The notes under the pieces: generated by a model
Database searches by the model: none
What the model was told of the DNA's origin: nothing
The model's input: only the letters and a program-made list of their open reading frames with translations
Assembly (NCBI GenBank): GCA_964355845.1
Contig: CAYHFF010000003.1
Location: forward strand, 1-29,378
Source of the DNA: an uncultured Candidatus Saccharibacteria bacterium
Lineage (GTDB): Bacteria; Patescibacteriota; Minisyncoccia; Phycocordibacterales; PALSA-1337
Direction of reading: 5' to 3'
DNA: 29,378 bases
Translations under genes and position numbers: made by a program
Shown here: piece after piece, positions 1-8,188 of the stretch
Layout: the number at the start of each line of letters is the position of its first letter
Numbering within the stretch: the first letter of the stretch is position 1

Positions 1-83
1 TATCACTTTTTCTTTATTAAAATTAAACATTGTTTTCTTTATTATTACTATGTAATGTAACATATTTATGTTAAAATTTCTAA

Positions 84-2633
84 ATGTCACATAAGAAAAG
101 CTTTTTTAATTCATGGAAATGGCGCGTTTTAAAGCCTCTTATACTTTTATTCATTTCATTCTGTCTATTATTGTCAGGTATAGGTATTGTATGGTTTACA
201 ACGCTCAAAACACCTGATTTGAGTGTTTTTGAAACTAGAAAAGTTGCACAATCCACAAAGATTTTTGATAGAACTGGTCAAGTTCTCTTATACGATATAC
301 ATAATGACGCAAAAAGAACAGTAATTCTATTTGAAAACATTTCAAAAAAAATTAAAGATGCGACTATCGCTATTGAAGATTTGGAATTCTACACACATAA
401 AGGAATAAAGCCAACTGCGATTTTTCGCGCAATACTTTCAAATATAACTCCTGGATCAAAAATCACCCAAGGTGGATCAACCATAACCCAGCAAGTTATT
501 AAAAATTCAATACTGACAAAAGATAAAACCATAACTCGAAAACTCAAAGAATGGATATTGGCAGTAAAGCTGGAGAGAGTTCTATCGAAAGATCAGATAT
601 TGAATACATATTTAAATGAAAATCCTTATGGTGGAAGTATTTATGGTGTTGAAGAAGCAAGTAAAACATTTTTTGGCAAAACCGCAAAGGATGTAACATT
701 GGCGGAAGCCGCGTATATAGCTTCTATTCCTCAAGCCCCCACCTTCTATTCACCTTATGGCCCAAACAAAGAAAGGCTCGATATTAGAAAGAATCTCGTG
801 CTACAGCAGATGAAAGTGAACGGATTCATTACAGATGATGAGTATAAAACTGCAATGACAGAAAAAGTTAATTTCTTAGAAAAAAACACTTCGGGAATAC
901 GAGCTCCACACTTTGCACTTTATGTTAAGGACTATTTAGTTAATAAATATAGTGAAGATGTGGTTGAGGAAGGAGGATTGAAAGTTATTACAACTTTAAA
1001 TTACATAATGCAAGAAAAGGCTGAAAAAGTGATAAAAAATTTTTCAAAAACACTGGAAAACTCTTTTAATGCTAGCAATACTGCGATGATCGCTATAGAT
1101 CCGAAATCTGGTGATATATTGACCATGGTTGGTTCTCGTAACTATTTTGAAAAGGGTTATGGAAATTTCAATATAACAACTGCATATAGACAACCTGGTT
1201 CTACATTTAAACCTTTTGTATATGCTACTGCATTTATGAAAGGTTATACGCCAGATACCATACTTTTTGATGTCAAAACTGAATTTTCAACTCAATGCAC
1301 ACCAGAAGGTAAACCAAAAATTCCAAAAGAAAATCCCAATGATGATAAAAAAACATGCTATTCTCCTGATAACTATGATGATATTTTTGAAGGGCCAGAA
1401 ACAATGAGAATGGCATTGGCTCATTCAAGAAATATCCCCGCTGTGAAAACTCTATACCTTGCTGGTATTTCTGATTCTATAGAGACCGCAGAAGCTATGG
1501 GAATAACTAGTTTAAATGAACCAGACAGATATGGACTTACTTTGGTTCTAGGTGGTGGTGAAGTTTCTTTACTAGAATTAACCAGCGCATACGGCGTATT
1601 TGCAAACGATGGTATAAGAAATCAATACAGATCAGTGCTTCGTGTTGAAGATAGTAAAGGTAATGTATTGGAAGAAGCAAAATTAAACCCTGTTCAAGCG
1701 ATAACTAGCCAGTCAGCAAGGCAAATAAACGATATTTTATCTGATCCTAAAATTAGACTGAATAGTATATCTTCAGTTGTAGATAATTTAAATAAGCCAA
1801 TAGCGGTGAAAACAGGAACTACAAATGATTTTCGTGATGTGTGGATTGAGGGATATACACCAAATATTTCAGTCGGCGCTTGGGCTGGTAAAAATGACAA
1901 TAGTCCAATGGAAAAGAAAATTGCGGGAGTTATCATAACTCCCGTTTGGGGAGCGTTTATGGCTGAAATAAATGATATGATTGAAAAAGAAAGTTTCAAA
2001 AAACCCGAAGAATTATCTACAGATGTAAAACCTGTACTTAGAGGTATATGGCAAGGTGGAATTTCATATAAAAAAGATTCTATTTCTGGTAAGGTAGCGA
2101 CACAGTTTACCCCACCAGAAACAACGCAGGAAATTTTATTTAACAATGTTCATACTATTCTTCACTGGATTGATAAAAATAATCCTGGTGTAGATTTTAT
2201 AGATGATCCAAAACAAGACTCTCAGTATGAATATTGGGAATATGGTGTTAGAAAATGGTTTGATGAATGGAAAATTAAAAATCCAAATTTTAGTGAAAAT
2301 AGCGTAATAAGTATACCAATTGAAAAAGATGATATTCATATTGAAGAAAATATTCCAAAAGTCATTCTAACAATAAGTCAGAAAGAAACTTTATTTGAAA
2401 TGAATTCTTTAATTAATATTGGAGTAGTTATTAATAGTAAATATCCTATAAAAAAACTGGATCTCTATGTTAATGGTAAATTTATTTCAACTAATGATGG
2501 AAATTTAAAAAATATATCATTTTATCCAAAAAACATAGATGGAATACAGAACAATAATAGTGTTAAGGTTATAGTTTATGACACTATTTTTAATAGAGGT
2601 GAATCTTCAATAGATATTCAGATTAATAAATAA
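84..2633 (+). CDS. ponA: Class A penicillin-binding protein (bifunctional transglycosylase/transpeptidase, PBP1A family)
   Basis: N-terminal TM anchor; glycosyltransferase motifs EDLEFYTHKG, QGGSTITQQ, RKLKE; transpeptidase motifs SxxK (GSTFK), SxN (SRN), KTG; C-terminal Ig-like tail. Confidence 0.95.
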   Translation: MSHKKSFFNSWKWRVLKPLILLFISFCLLLSGIGIVWFTTLKTPDLSVFETRKVAQSTKIFDRTGQVLLYDIHNDAKRTVILFENISKKIKDATIAIEDLEFYTHKGIKPTAIFRAILSNITPGSKITQGGSTITQQVIKNSILTKDKTITRKLKEWILAVKLERVLSKDQILNTYLNENPYGGSIYGVEEASKTFFGKTAKDVTLAEAAYIASIPQAPTFYSPYGPNKERLDIRKNLVLQQMKVNGFITDDEYKTAMTEKVNFLEKNTSGIRAPHFALYVKDYLVNKYSEDVVEEGGLKVITTLNYIMQEKAEKVIKNFSKTLENSFNASNTAMIAIDPKSGDILTMVGSRNYFEKGYGNFNITTAYRQPGSTFKPFVYATAFMKGYTPDTILFDVKTEFSTQCTPEGKPKIPKENPNDDKKTCYSPDNYDDIFEGPETMRMALAHSRNIPAVKTLYLAGISDSIETAEAMGITSLNEPDRYGLTLVLGGGEVSLLELTSAYGVFANDGIRNQYRSVLRVEDSKGNVLEEAKLNPVQAITSQSARQINDILSDPKIRLNSISSVVDNLNKPIAVKTGTTNDFRDVWIEGYTPNISVGAWAGKNDNSPMEKKIAGVIITPVWGAFMAEINDMIEKESFKKPEELSTDVKPVLRGIWQGGISYKKDSISGKVATQFTPPETTQEILFNNVHTILHWIDKNNPGVDFIDDPKQDSQYEYWEYGVRKWFDEWKIKNPNFSENSVISIPIEKDDIHIEENIPKVILTISQKETLFEMNSLINIGVVINSKYPIKKLDLYVNGKFISTNDGNLKNISFYPKNIDGIQNNNSVKVIVYDTIFNRGESSIDIQINK

Positions 2634-2888
2634 TTATTTTATATCTGATATTTTTTCTTTAGTTTTTTCTGATATTAAACTTATTAACAGTGTTTTTTTT
2701 AAATAGATTTCACTTTTAAGTGTTTGATTGCCTTTTATAGCTATAATTCCATTTTTAATACTAATATCTTTTATTTCAATATTTTGTTTTAAAGTATTTT
2801 CTATAATACTACATATTATCTCTCTTTTTTTTAATTCTTTTAATGCAATATTATTAAATCTTTCAAAAAATTTTCCTATATTTTGCAT
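2634..2888 (-). CDS. Small DUF721/DciA-like protein (putative replicative helicase loader)
   Basis: 84 aa directly downstream of dnaN (2-nt gap); pattern IKNGIIAIKG..LKSEIYLKK.LLI resembles the DUF721 core. Based on recalled motif and synteny only. Confidence 0.55.
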   Translation of the reverse strand: MQNIGKFFERFNNIALKELKKREIICSIIENTLKQNIEIKDISIKNGIIAIKGNQTLKSEIYLKKTLLISLISEKTKEKISDIK

Positions 2889-2890
2889 TT

Positions 2891-3997
2891 TTATCTGTTC
2901 ATTGGCATTACTAAATATCTAAATGATGTGTCTGATATTGGAACTATAACCATTGGTTTATTTAGTCCATTGAACATCAGGTTAATACTATCTGATTCTA
3001 TTGACTGAAAACAGTCTATTATATATTTATAATTAAAATTAATATCAATATCCTCCCCCATTATACTAGAATCAAGACTTGTTATATTTTCACCTATATC
3101 ATTATTTTTTGTTTTAATTTCACATTTTCCTATAGATTTCATCGCTTTAATATTTATTTGATTAAATTTATCTGAAAAAATATTTGATAATTTTAAAGTA
3201 TTAATAAAATCCTGTTTGAGAACAGTAATTTCTGTTGCATATGTTTTGGGTATTATTTGTTTATAATCTGGAAATGATCCATCTATAACCCTTGAAACCA
3301 TGTATATACCATTATGAGTAAATGAAATTTGATTTTTATCTAAATTTACCTGAACTTCATTATTTAATGATTCTAAAACTCTTATAATATCTGGAATATT
3401 TTTATATGGAATTAAAATTTGACCAAAATCCTTACTTTTTTTAATTTTTATTTTCTTTTCTGCAAGTCTAAATGAGTCTGTAGCAACAAAAACCACAAAT
3501 TCTCCATCACAGTATACATAAACACTAGATAATTCTGGTTTAATACTAGAAATAGATGAACTGTACCAGACAGATTTCAATCCTTTAACAAAATCACCTG
3601 AATGTATTGTAAAATTATCCGAATTATCAACTTTTGGAATACTTGGAAAGTCTTCATGTGATAATGTTTTTATTATTCCAGAATTGCGTGTGGTGCTTAT
3701 TTTTAAATTACCCTGCGACAATGAGAGGTTAACACCTTTATCATCGCTTATAGCGTTGATTAGGAATGAATTAATGGTAGTGCTCGGTACTGCCATCATA
3801 CCTGTTTCATTTGTTTTTATTGGTATAGTTATTTCAATACCTAAATCTAAATTTGTAGCTTTGAGAGTTAATTGGTTTTTAACTGATGCGTCAAAAAGTA
3901 TACATGACAAAACTGGTAAAGTCATATGTTTATTTGCTACCCTCTCTACATAACCTATCGCTTCTCTCAATCTATCTTGTATGCATTCTATATTCAT
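2891..3997 (-). CDS. dnaN: DNA polymerase III beta sliding clamp
   Basis: 368 aa; ATNLDLGI, VATDSFRLA, SRVIDGSFPDYKQIIP, C-terminal YLVMPMNR; adjacent to dnaA. Confidence 0.98.
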   Translation of the reverse strand: MNIECIQDRLREAIGYVERVANKHMTLPVLSCILFDASVKNQLTLKATNLDLGIEITIPIKTNETGMMAVPSTTINSFLINAISDDKGVNLSLSQGNLKISTTRNSGIIKTLSHEDFPSIPKVDNSDNFTIHSGDFVKGLKSVWYSSSISSIKPELSSVYVYCDGEFVVFVATDSFRLAEKKIKIKKSKDFGQILIPYKNIPDIIRVLESLNNEVQVNLDKNQISFTHNGIYMVSRVIDGSFPDYKQIIPKTYATEITVLKQDFINTLKLSNIFSDKFNQINIKAMKSIGKCEIKTKNNDIGENITSLDSSIMGEDIDINFNYKYIIDCFQSIESDSINLMFNGLNKPMVIVPISDTSFRYLVMPMNR

Positions 3998-4244
3998 AAT
4001 TAGTTATATTTATTATATAAATACTTATTGTTATTATTAGTCATGTGGATATGGTGATAACTCAATTATATTCTTATTACAGACTATATTTTCTATTTGA
4101 TAAATGTTGATAAAACAAGTACATAAACTAATAACTTATTTAGTATTACTTAAAATTAATATTTATCTATTCTTTTCAACAATACTATAAACAAGTTATC
4201 ACTATTCTATCCACAAACTTATTCACAATCTTATCAACAAATCC
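3998..4244. other. Chromosomal replication origin (oriC), dnaA-dnaN intergenic part
   Basis: DnaA-box-like 9-mers at 4044-4052 (-, ATATCCACA), 4105-4113 (-, TTATCAACA), 4173, 4185, 4196, 4207 (CTATCCACA), 4219 (TTATTCACA, perfect), 4231 (TTATCAACA) on +; AT-rich tracts; trio-like repeats at ~4023-4039. Confidence 0.85.
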
Positions 4245-5591
4245 TCACATCATTGCTCGGATTTGACTTATCTCTTCCATAAGAACACTATCTGTTTTAA
4301 GGTCATCTTTGATTTTATCACAAGAATGTATGACAGTTGTATGATCCCTTCCACCCAATTTATCACCAATTGATGGAAATGAAATATTAAAATCTTCTCT
4401 TAATATATACATTATTACTTGTCTGGGTTTAACAACCTCTTTTTTTCTTGTTTTATTAAAAACACTTTCTTCACTTATATTATAAAAATCAGAAATTAAT
4501 TTTATTACTTCTTTTGTGGATATATTTTTCTTTTGTTTTGTATTGTTTTTAATCAAATTTTTTATTTCAAGCAATGAAAGAGGCCTGTTTTTAAGCTGTG
4601 TCTGACAAACTATAGCATTTACAACACCCTCAAGTTCACGGACATTACTTTCTATATTTGTAGCGAGAAATTCAAGTATATCTGATTTTAAATCAACATT
4701 ACTTATTAAACTTTTTGCTTTTAATATTGCCATTCTAGATTCATGATCTGGTGATGGAATATCTATTATCATTCCCTGATTGAATCTAGATTTTAGCCTA
4801 TCCTCAAGTCCGGGTATAAAGTTTGGATGTTTATCAGATGAAAATACCAATTGTCTATTTGATTGAAAGAAAGTTTCAAAAAGATGAAATAATTCTTCTT
4901 GAAATTTTTCCTTATTTGCGAAAAATTGAATATCGTCCATAATAATCACATCATATTTTCTATATTTATCTTTGAATTTTTGTGTTGTATTGTTTTGTAA
5001 TGAAGAAAAGTACTCAGAACCAAATCTTTCTGATGTTAAATAGAATACTTTTTTTTGTGGAAAATCCTTTTTTATATGATTACCTATTGCCTGTATTAAA
5101 TGTGTTTTTCCATGACCGGTATTGCCGTATATAAACAATGGATTATATGAACCTCCTGGATTTTTCACTACAGATTTTGAAGCAGCATGGGCCAATTCAT
5201 TGAAAGGTCCAACAACAAATGAATCAAAAACATATCTAGGATTCAAATTATCATCCCTATTTATATAGAAATCTTGAAGCGGTATAGATATTGTAGGGCT
5301 TATTTGAGATTTTTTCTTTTCTTCCTCCTTTCTTTTTTCTGAATCTTTAACTATTGTATATTCAAGTCCTCTAACTTGATCATTCAGATGTCTAAGAGTT
5401 TTTAAAATAGTATTGTGAAATTTTTTATATAACCATTCCTGAATAAATGAATTTGGTACTCCGAGATAGATTACACCATCTTCATTTTTCATAATATAAG
5501 TTCCACTAAACCATGTAGAAAAATTTGCTTTAGAAACTGCCAATTCTATGTCAACAAGTGCCCTTTCCCAGAGTTCGATATGATCTTTCAT
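4245..5591 (-). CDS. dnaA: Chromosomal replication initiator DnaA
   Basis: LNPRYVFDSFVVG, Walker A GNTGHGKT, Walker B IIMDDIQF, LKSRF, NVRELEG, domain IV SFPSIG..LGGRDHTTVIHSC. Confidence 0.99.
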   Translation of the reverse strand: MKDHIELWERALVDIELAVSKANFSTWFSGTYIMKNEDGVIYLGVPNSFIQEWLYKKFHNTILKTLRHLNDQVRGLEYTIVKDSEKRKEEEKKKSQISPTISIPLQDFYINRDDNLNPRYVFDSFVVGPFNELAHAASKSVVKNPGGSYNPLFIYGNTGHGKTHLIQAIGNHIKKDFPQKKVFYLTSERFGSEYFSSLQNNTTQKFKDKYRKYDVIIMDDIQFFANKEKFQEELFHLFETFFQSNRQLVFSSDKHPNFIPGLEDRLKSRFNQGMIIDIPSPDHESRMAILKAKSLISNVDLKSDILEFLATNIESNVRELEGVVNAIVCQTQLKNRPLSLLEIKNLIKNNTKQKKNISTKEVIKLISDFYNISEESVFNKTRKKEVVKPRQVIMYILREDFNISFPSIGDKLGGRDHTTVIHSCDKIKDDLKTDSVLMEEISQIRAMM

Positions 5592-5687
5592 CTGAACAGT
5601 ATATACTTTTTTAAAAATTGCAAAACTTGTTAAAAGTTTATAAACATGTTGATAAGTTGTTAATAATAATATATACTGCTTTTACAT
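5592..5687. promoter_or_regulatory. Divergent dnaA / rpmH promoter region with DnaA boxes
   Basis: rpmH: TTGATA (5649-54) -17 bp- TATACT (5672-77). dnaA: TATACT on minus (5598-5603), 6 nt before ATG. Box-like TTATAAACA 5638-46, TGTTGATAA 5647-55, TGTTAATAA 5658-66. Confidence 0.7.
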
Positions 5688-5822
5688 ATGTCATTTACAT
5701 ACAAACCAAAAAAAAGAAAGAGAGCAAAAACACATGGATTTCTAGTTCGTTCAAAGTCTTCTACAGGACGAAGAGTATTGAAGAGAAGAAGAACAAAGGG
5801 ACGAAAAAAGATAGCAGTGTAA
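5688..5822 (+). CDS. rpmH: 50S ribosomal protein L34 (absent from the supplied ORF track)
   Basis: Hand translation gives [44 protein letters not shown], with the HGF..R and GR.VL..RR.KGR signatures; canonical position between dnaA and rnpA. Confidence 0.97.
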   Translation: MSFTYKPKKRKRAKTHGFLVRSKSSTGRRVLKRRRTKGRKKIAV

Positions 5823-5837
5823 TGAGAAGTATCAGAT

Positions 5838-6173
5838 ATGTTAACTAAGTCAAAAAGACTAAGTACAGCATTATTTAGCGATATAATTGAAAAAGGACAA
5901 TCATTTCATAATCCTTTTTTGATTATAAAAGTTAAAAAAACAGATAAAATAAGCCGATTTGCCGTATCTGTGCCTAAAAAAGTAGCAAAAACAGCCGTTT
6001 TGAGAAATAAAATAAAGAAAAAGATATATTCAATTATTAAAAATTTTGAAAAAAAGATAATTCTTGGTTTCAATGTAATTTTTATTGCAAAAATAGGTGT
6101 AGATAAATTAAAATTCACTGATTTATCAAATGAAATAGATAAAATCTTTGTTAAAATAGGTATTTTAAAGTAG
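5838..6173 (+). CDS. rnpA: Ribonuclease P protein component
   Basis: RFAVSVPKKVAKTAVLRNKIKK (RNR-motif equivalent); follows rpmH. Confidence 0.95.
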   Translation: MLTKSKRLSTALFSDIIEKGQSFHNPFLIIKVKKTDKISRFAVSVPKKVAKTAVLRNKIKKKIYSIIKNFEKKIILGFNVIFIAKIGVDKLKFTDLSNEIDKIFVKIGILK

Positions 6174-6183
6174 AATATATCTT

Positions 6184-6915
6184 ATGATTTCTTATTTATA
6201 TAATATTATAGTTTTCAAACCACTTTACAATGGGCTTATATTTATATTTGATGTTATACCATGGATTGACGCAGGTTTTTCTGTAATCCTATTCACTATT
6301 ATTGTTCGTCTTATACTATTTCCCCTTTCAAAGAAGGCTACTATCACTCAGGTTAGAATGAAAGAAATAGAACCAGAATTAAATGAATTAAAAAGAACAA
6401 TTACAGACAAACAACAACAAGCATTAAAAGTTATGGAATTATACAAGAAAAAAGGAGTAAATCCATTTTCAAGTTTTCTGCTTCTTTTACTGCAATTACC
6501 GATTATTTGGGCACTGTATTCAATATTTATGAATTCGGGCTTGCCAAATGTAAAACCGGAACTTCTCTATAGTTTCATATCAATACCTACTATTGATATG
6601 AGTTTTCTTGGTATATTTGATATAGCAAAAAGTAATATTTTCCTTGCGATTTGTGCGGCTATTGCACAATATCTGCAATTACACTTCTCTCTAGCGGCAT
6701 CTAATGTAAAGGTAAATGCGAATTCAGACAATCCATCTATTGATATGGCTCAAAATATGATGAAAAATATGAAATATATATTTCCAGTTATGGTTTTCTT
6801 TATTTCATATAAGATTTCAGCTGTAGTTGCTATATATTGGACTATTAGTAGTTTATTCACTCTTGGGCAAGAAATAGTAGTAAGAAGACATATAAAGAAT
6901 CACGAACCTCTATAA
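6184..6915 (+). CDS. yidC: YidC/Oxa1 membrane insertase, short form lacking the large periplasmic domain
   Basis: IILFTIIVRLILFPL, MKEIEPEL, LYKKKGVNPFSS..LLLLQLPI, IYWTISSLF..GQE; canonical rpmH-rnpA-yidC order. Confidence 0.95.
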   Translation: MISYLYNIIVFKPLYNGLIFIFDVIPWIDAGFSVILFTIIVRLILFPLSKKATITQVRMKEIEPELNELKRTITDKQQQALKVMELYKKKGVNPFSSFLLLLLQLPIIWALYSIFMNSGLPNVKPELLYSFISIPTIDMSFLGIFDIAKSNIFLAICAAIAQYLQLHFSLAASNVKVNANSDNPSIDMAQNMMKNMKYIFPVMVFFISYKISAVVAIYWTISSLFTLGQEIVVRRHIKNHEPL

Positions 6916-6917
6916 TT

Positions 6918-8183
6918 TTATTTATTCAAATCCAATGACCATGCAGTCAAATCCCTTTTATTTATAAAGTATAGAAAATTCTCTTTTTGGTCTAGTGTAA
7001 GTTCTGTCGCATCTATCAATTTTCCTGATAATCCCATAAGATTTGCTAGAAGGTGCACCTCACCTGTTATAGCATCCAAGTGCCATATTTGATCAATAAA
7101 GGACGAATTACCCCTATACCAGTCATCTGGGTATATTCCAGTAGCTATTTCAATCGGTACTGCGCAGTATAATTCGTTTTTTCTCAATGTGCTCCATACG
7201 CATTTGTCACTAATTGTTTTAAAAACTATTTCTTGGCTCGTATTGTCTTTAGTATCGTAAATTAATGTTAAAAATTTATCCTGTTTTGTTGTAGTATATA
7301 TTATCTTAGATAAATCTCTATTTGCCTTAGCTGTGAGACCTTTTACTCCACTTATCACCTTTTTCATTATATTGGTTTTGATATCAATAAAATACATATA
7401 ACCCAGCGATAGACCAGAAGCTTTGCTCGTAATACTTACAGTATTTGTTTCTGGCCAATCCAATACCACTTGTCTCATTGGCGTGTTTACTATTTCAATT
7501 TTATTTTTATCGTCAAATAATGATATATATCCTATTCCATTACCATTTTCTATATTCCATGTGAACACCCTGTCTCTATTTGGCGATACTACAATCTGAT
7601 TTATATTTGAAGATAAATATCTACCCTTTATTTCATAAGGTGTTACAGTTGTTGTTGTGCCGGTTGATTTTAGTTCTGCATAAAAATTTACTATATCATC
7701 TGTTTCATTTTTTAAATATCTAGTAATAAATGCATTTAAATTTTTATTCCAGAAACTTTCATATGTTTTAGGTAATGTTGTATTTGAAATTTTCTTTATC
7801 TCCATTGTTTCACTATCTGATTCATATATATGACCAGTACCACGGTCTATAAATCGGGCAATTGAAGAATTTTTTGTACTACTAGCAGATATTCCTGATA
7901 TTGGAGTAATACTCAACTGACGCAGTTTTGGTATTTCAGGTATTTTATTTTCTACAATCATCTCATCAGATTCCACTGTATCTGTTGTGCTCGCTGTATC
8001 AGACTTTTTTACGGGTGGCTTACTTCTATCAAATGGAGAAAATCCACTATTTGAAGTATTATCTAATGAAATATTGTCATTTATATCAGTTGGGTTTTTC
8101 AAATAAATAAACCAATATATAATTGCACCTATTATTCCTAGTATTAGTATCACTATTATAGATATGAGAATTTTTCTAAGCAT
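6918..8183 (-). CDS. Membrane-anchored exported protein, probable beta-propeller, unknown function
   Basis: N-terminal TM helix, S/T/D-rich linker, repeated beta-strand-like blades, Cys pair (CVWS...YCAVP); last gene of the secretion-like cluster. Confidence 0.6.
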   Translation of the reverse strand: MLRKILISIIVILILGIIGAIIYWFIYLKNPTDINDNISLDNTSNSGFSPFDRSKPPVKKSDTASTTDTVESDEMIVENKIPEIPKLRQLSITPISGISASSTKNSSIARFIDRGTGHIYESDSETMEIKKISNTTLPKTYESFWNKNLNAFITRYLKNETDDIVNFYAELKSTGTTTTVTPYEIKGRYLSSNINQIVVSPNRDRVFTWNIENGNGIGYISLFDDKNKIEIVNTPMRQVVLDWPETNTVSITSKASGLSLGYMYFIDIKTNIMKKVISGVKGLTAKANRDLSKIIYTTTKQDKFLTLIYDTKDNTSQEIVFKTISDKCVWSTLRKNELYCAVPIEIATGIYPDDWYRGNSSFIDQIWHLDAITGEVHLLANLMGLSGKLIDATELTLDQKENFLYFINKRDLTAWSLDLNK

Positions 8184-8188
8184 ATTAT

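Noticed and set aside
5618-5848. 76-aa ORF in the track
   Set aside because: Wrong-frame overlap of rpmH (5688-5822), which has the clear L34 signature.
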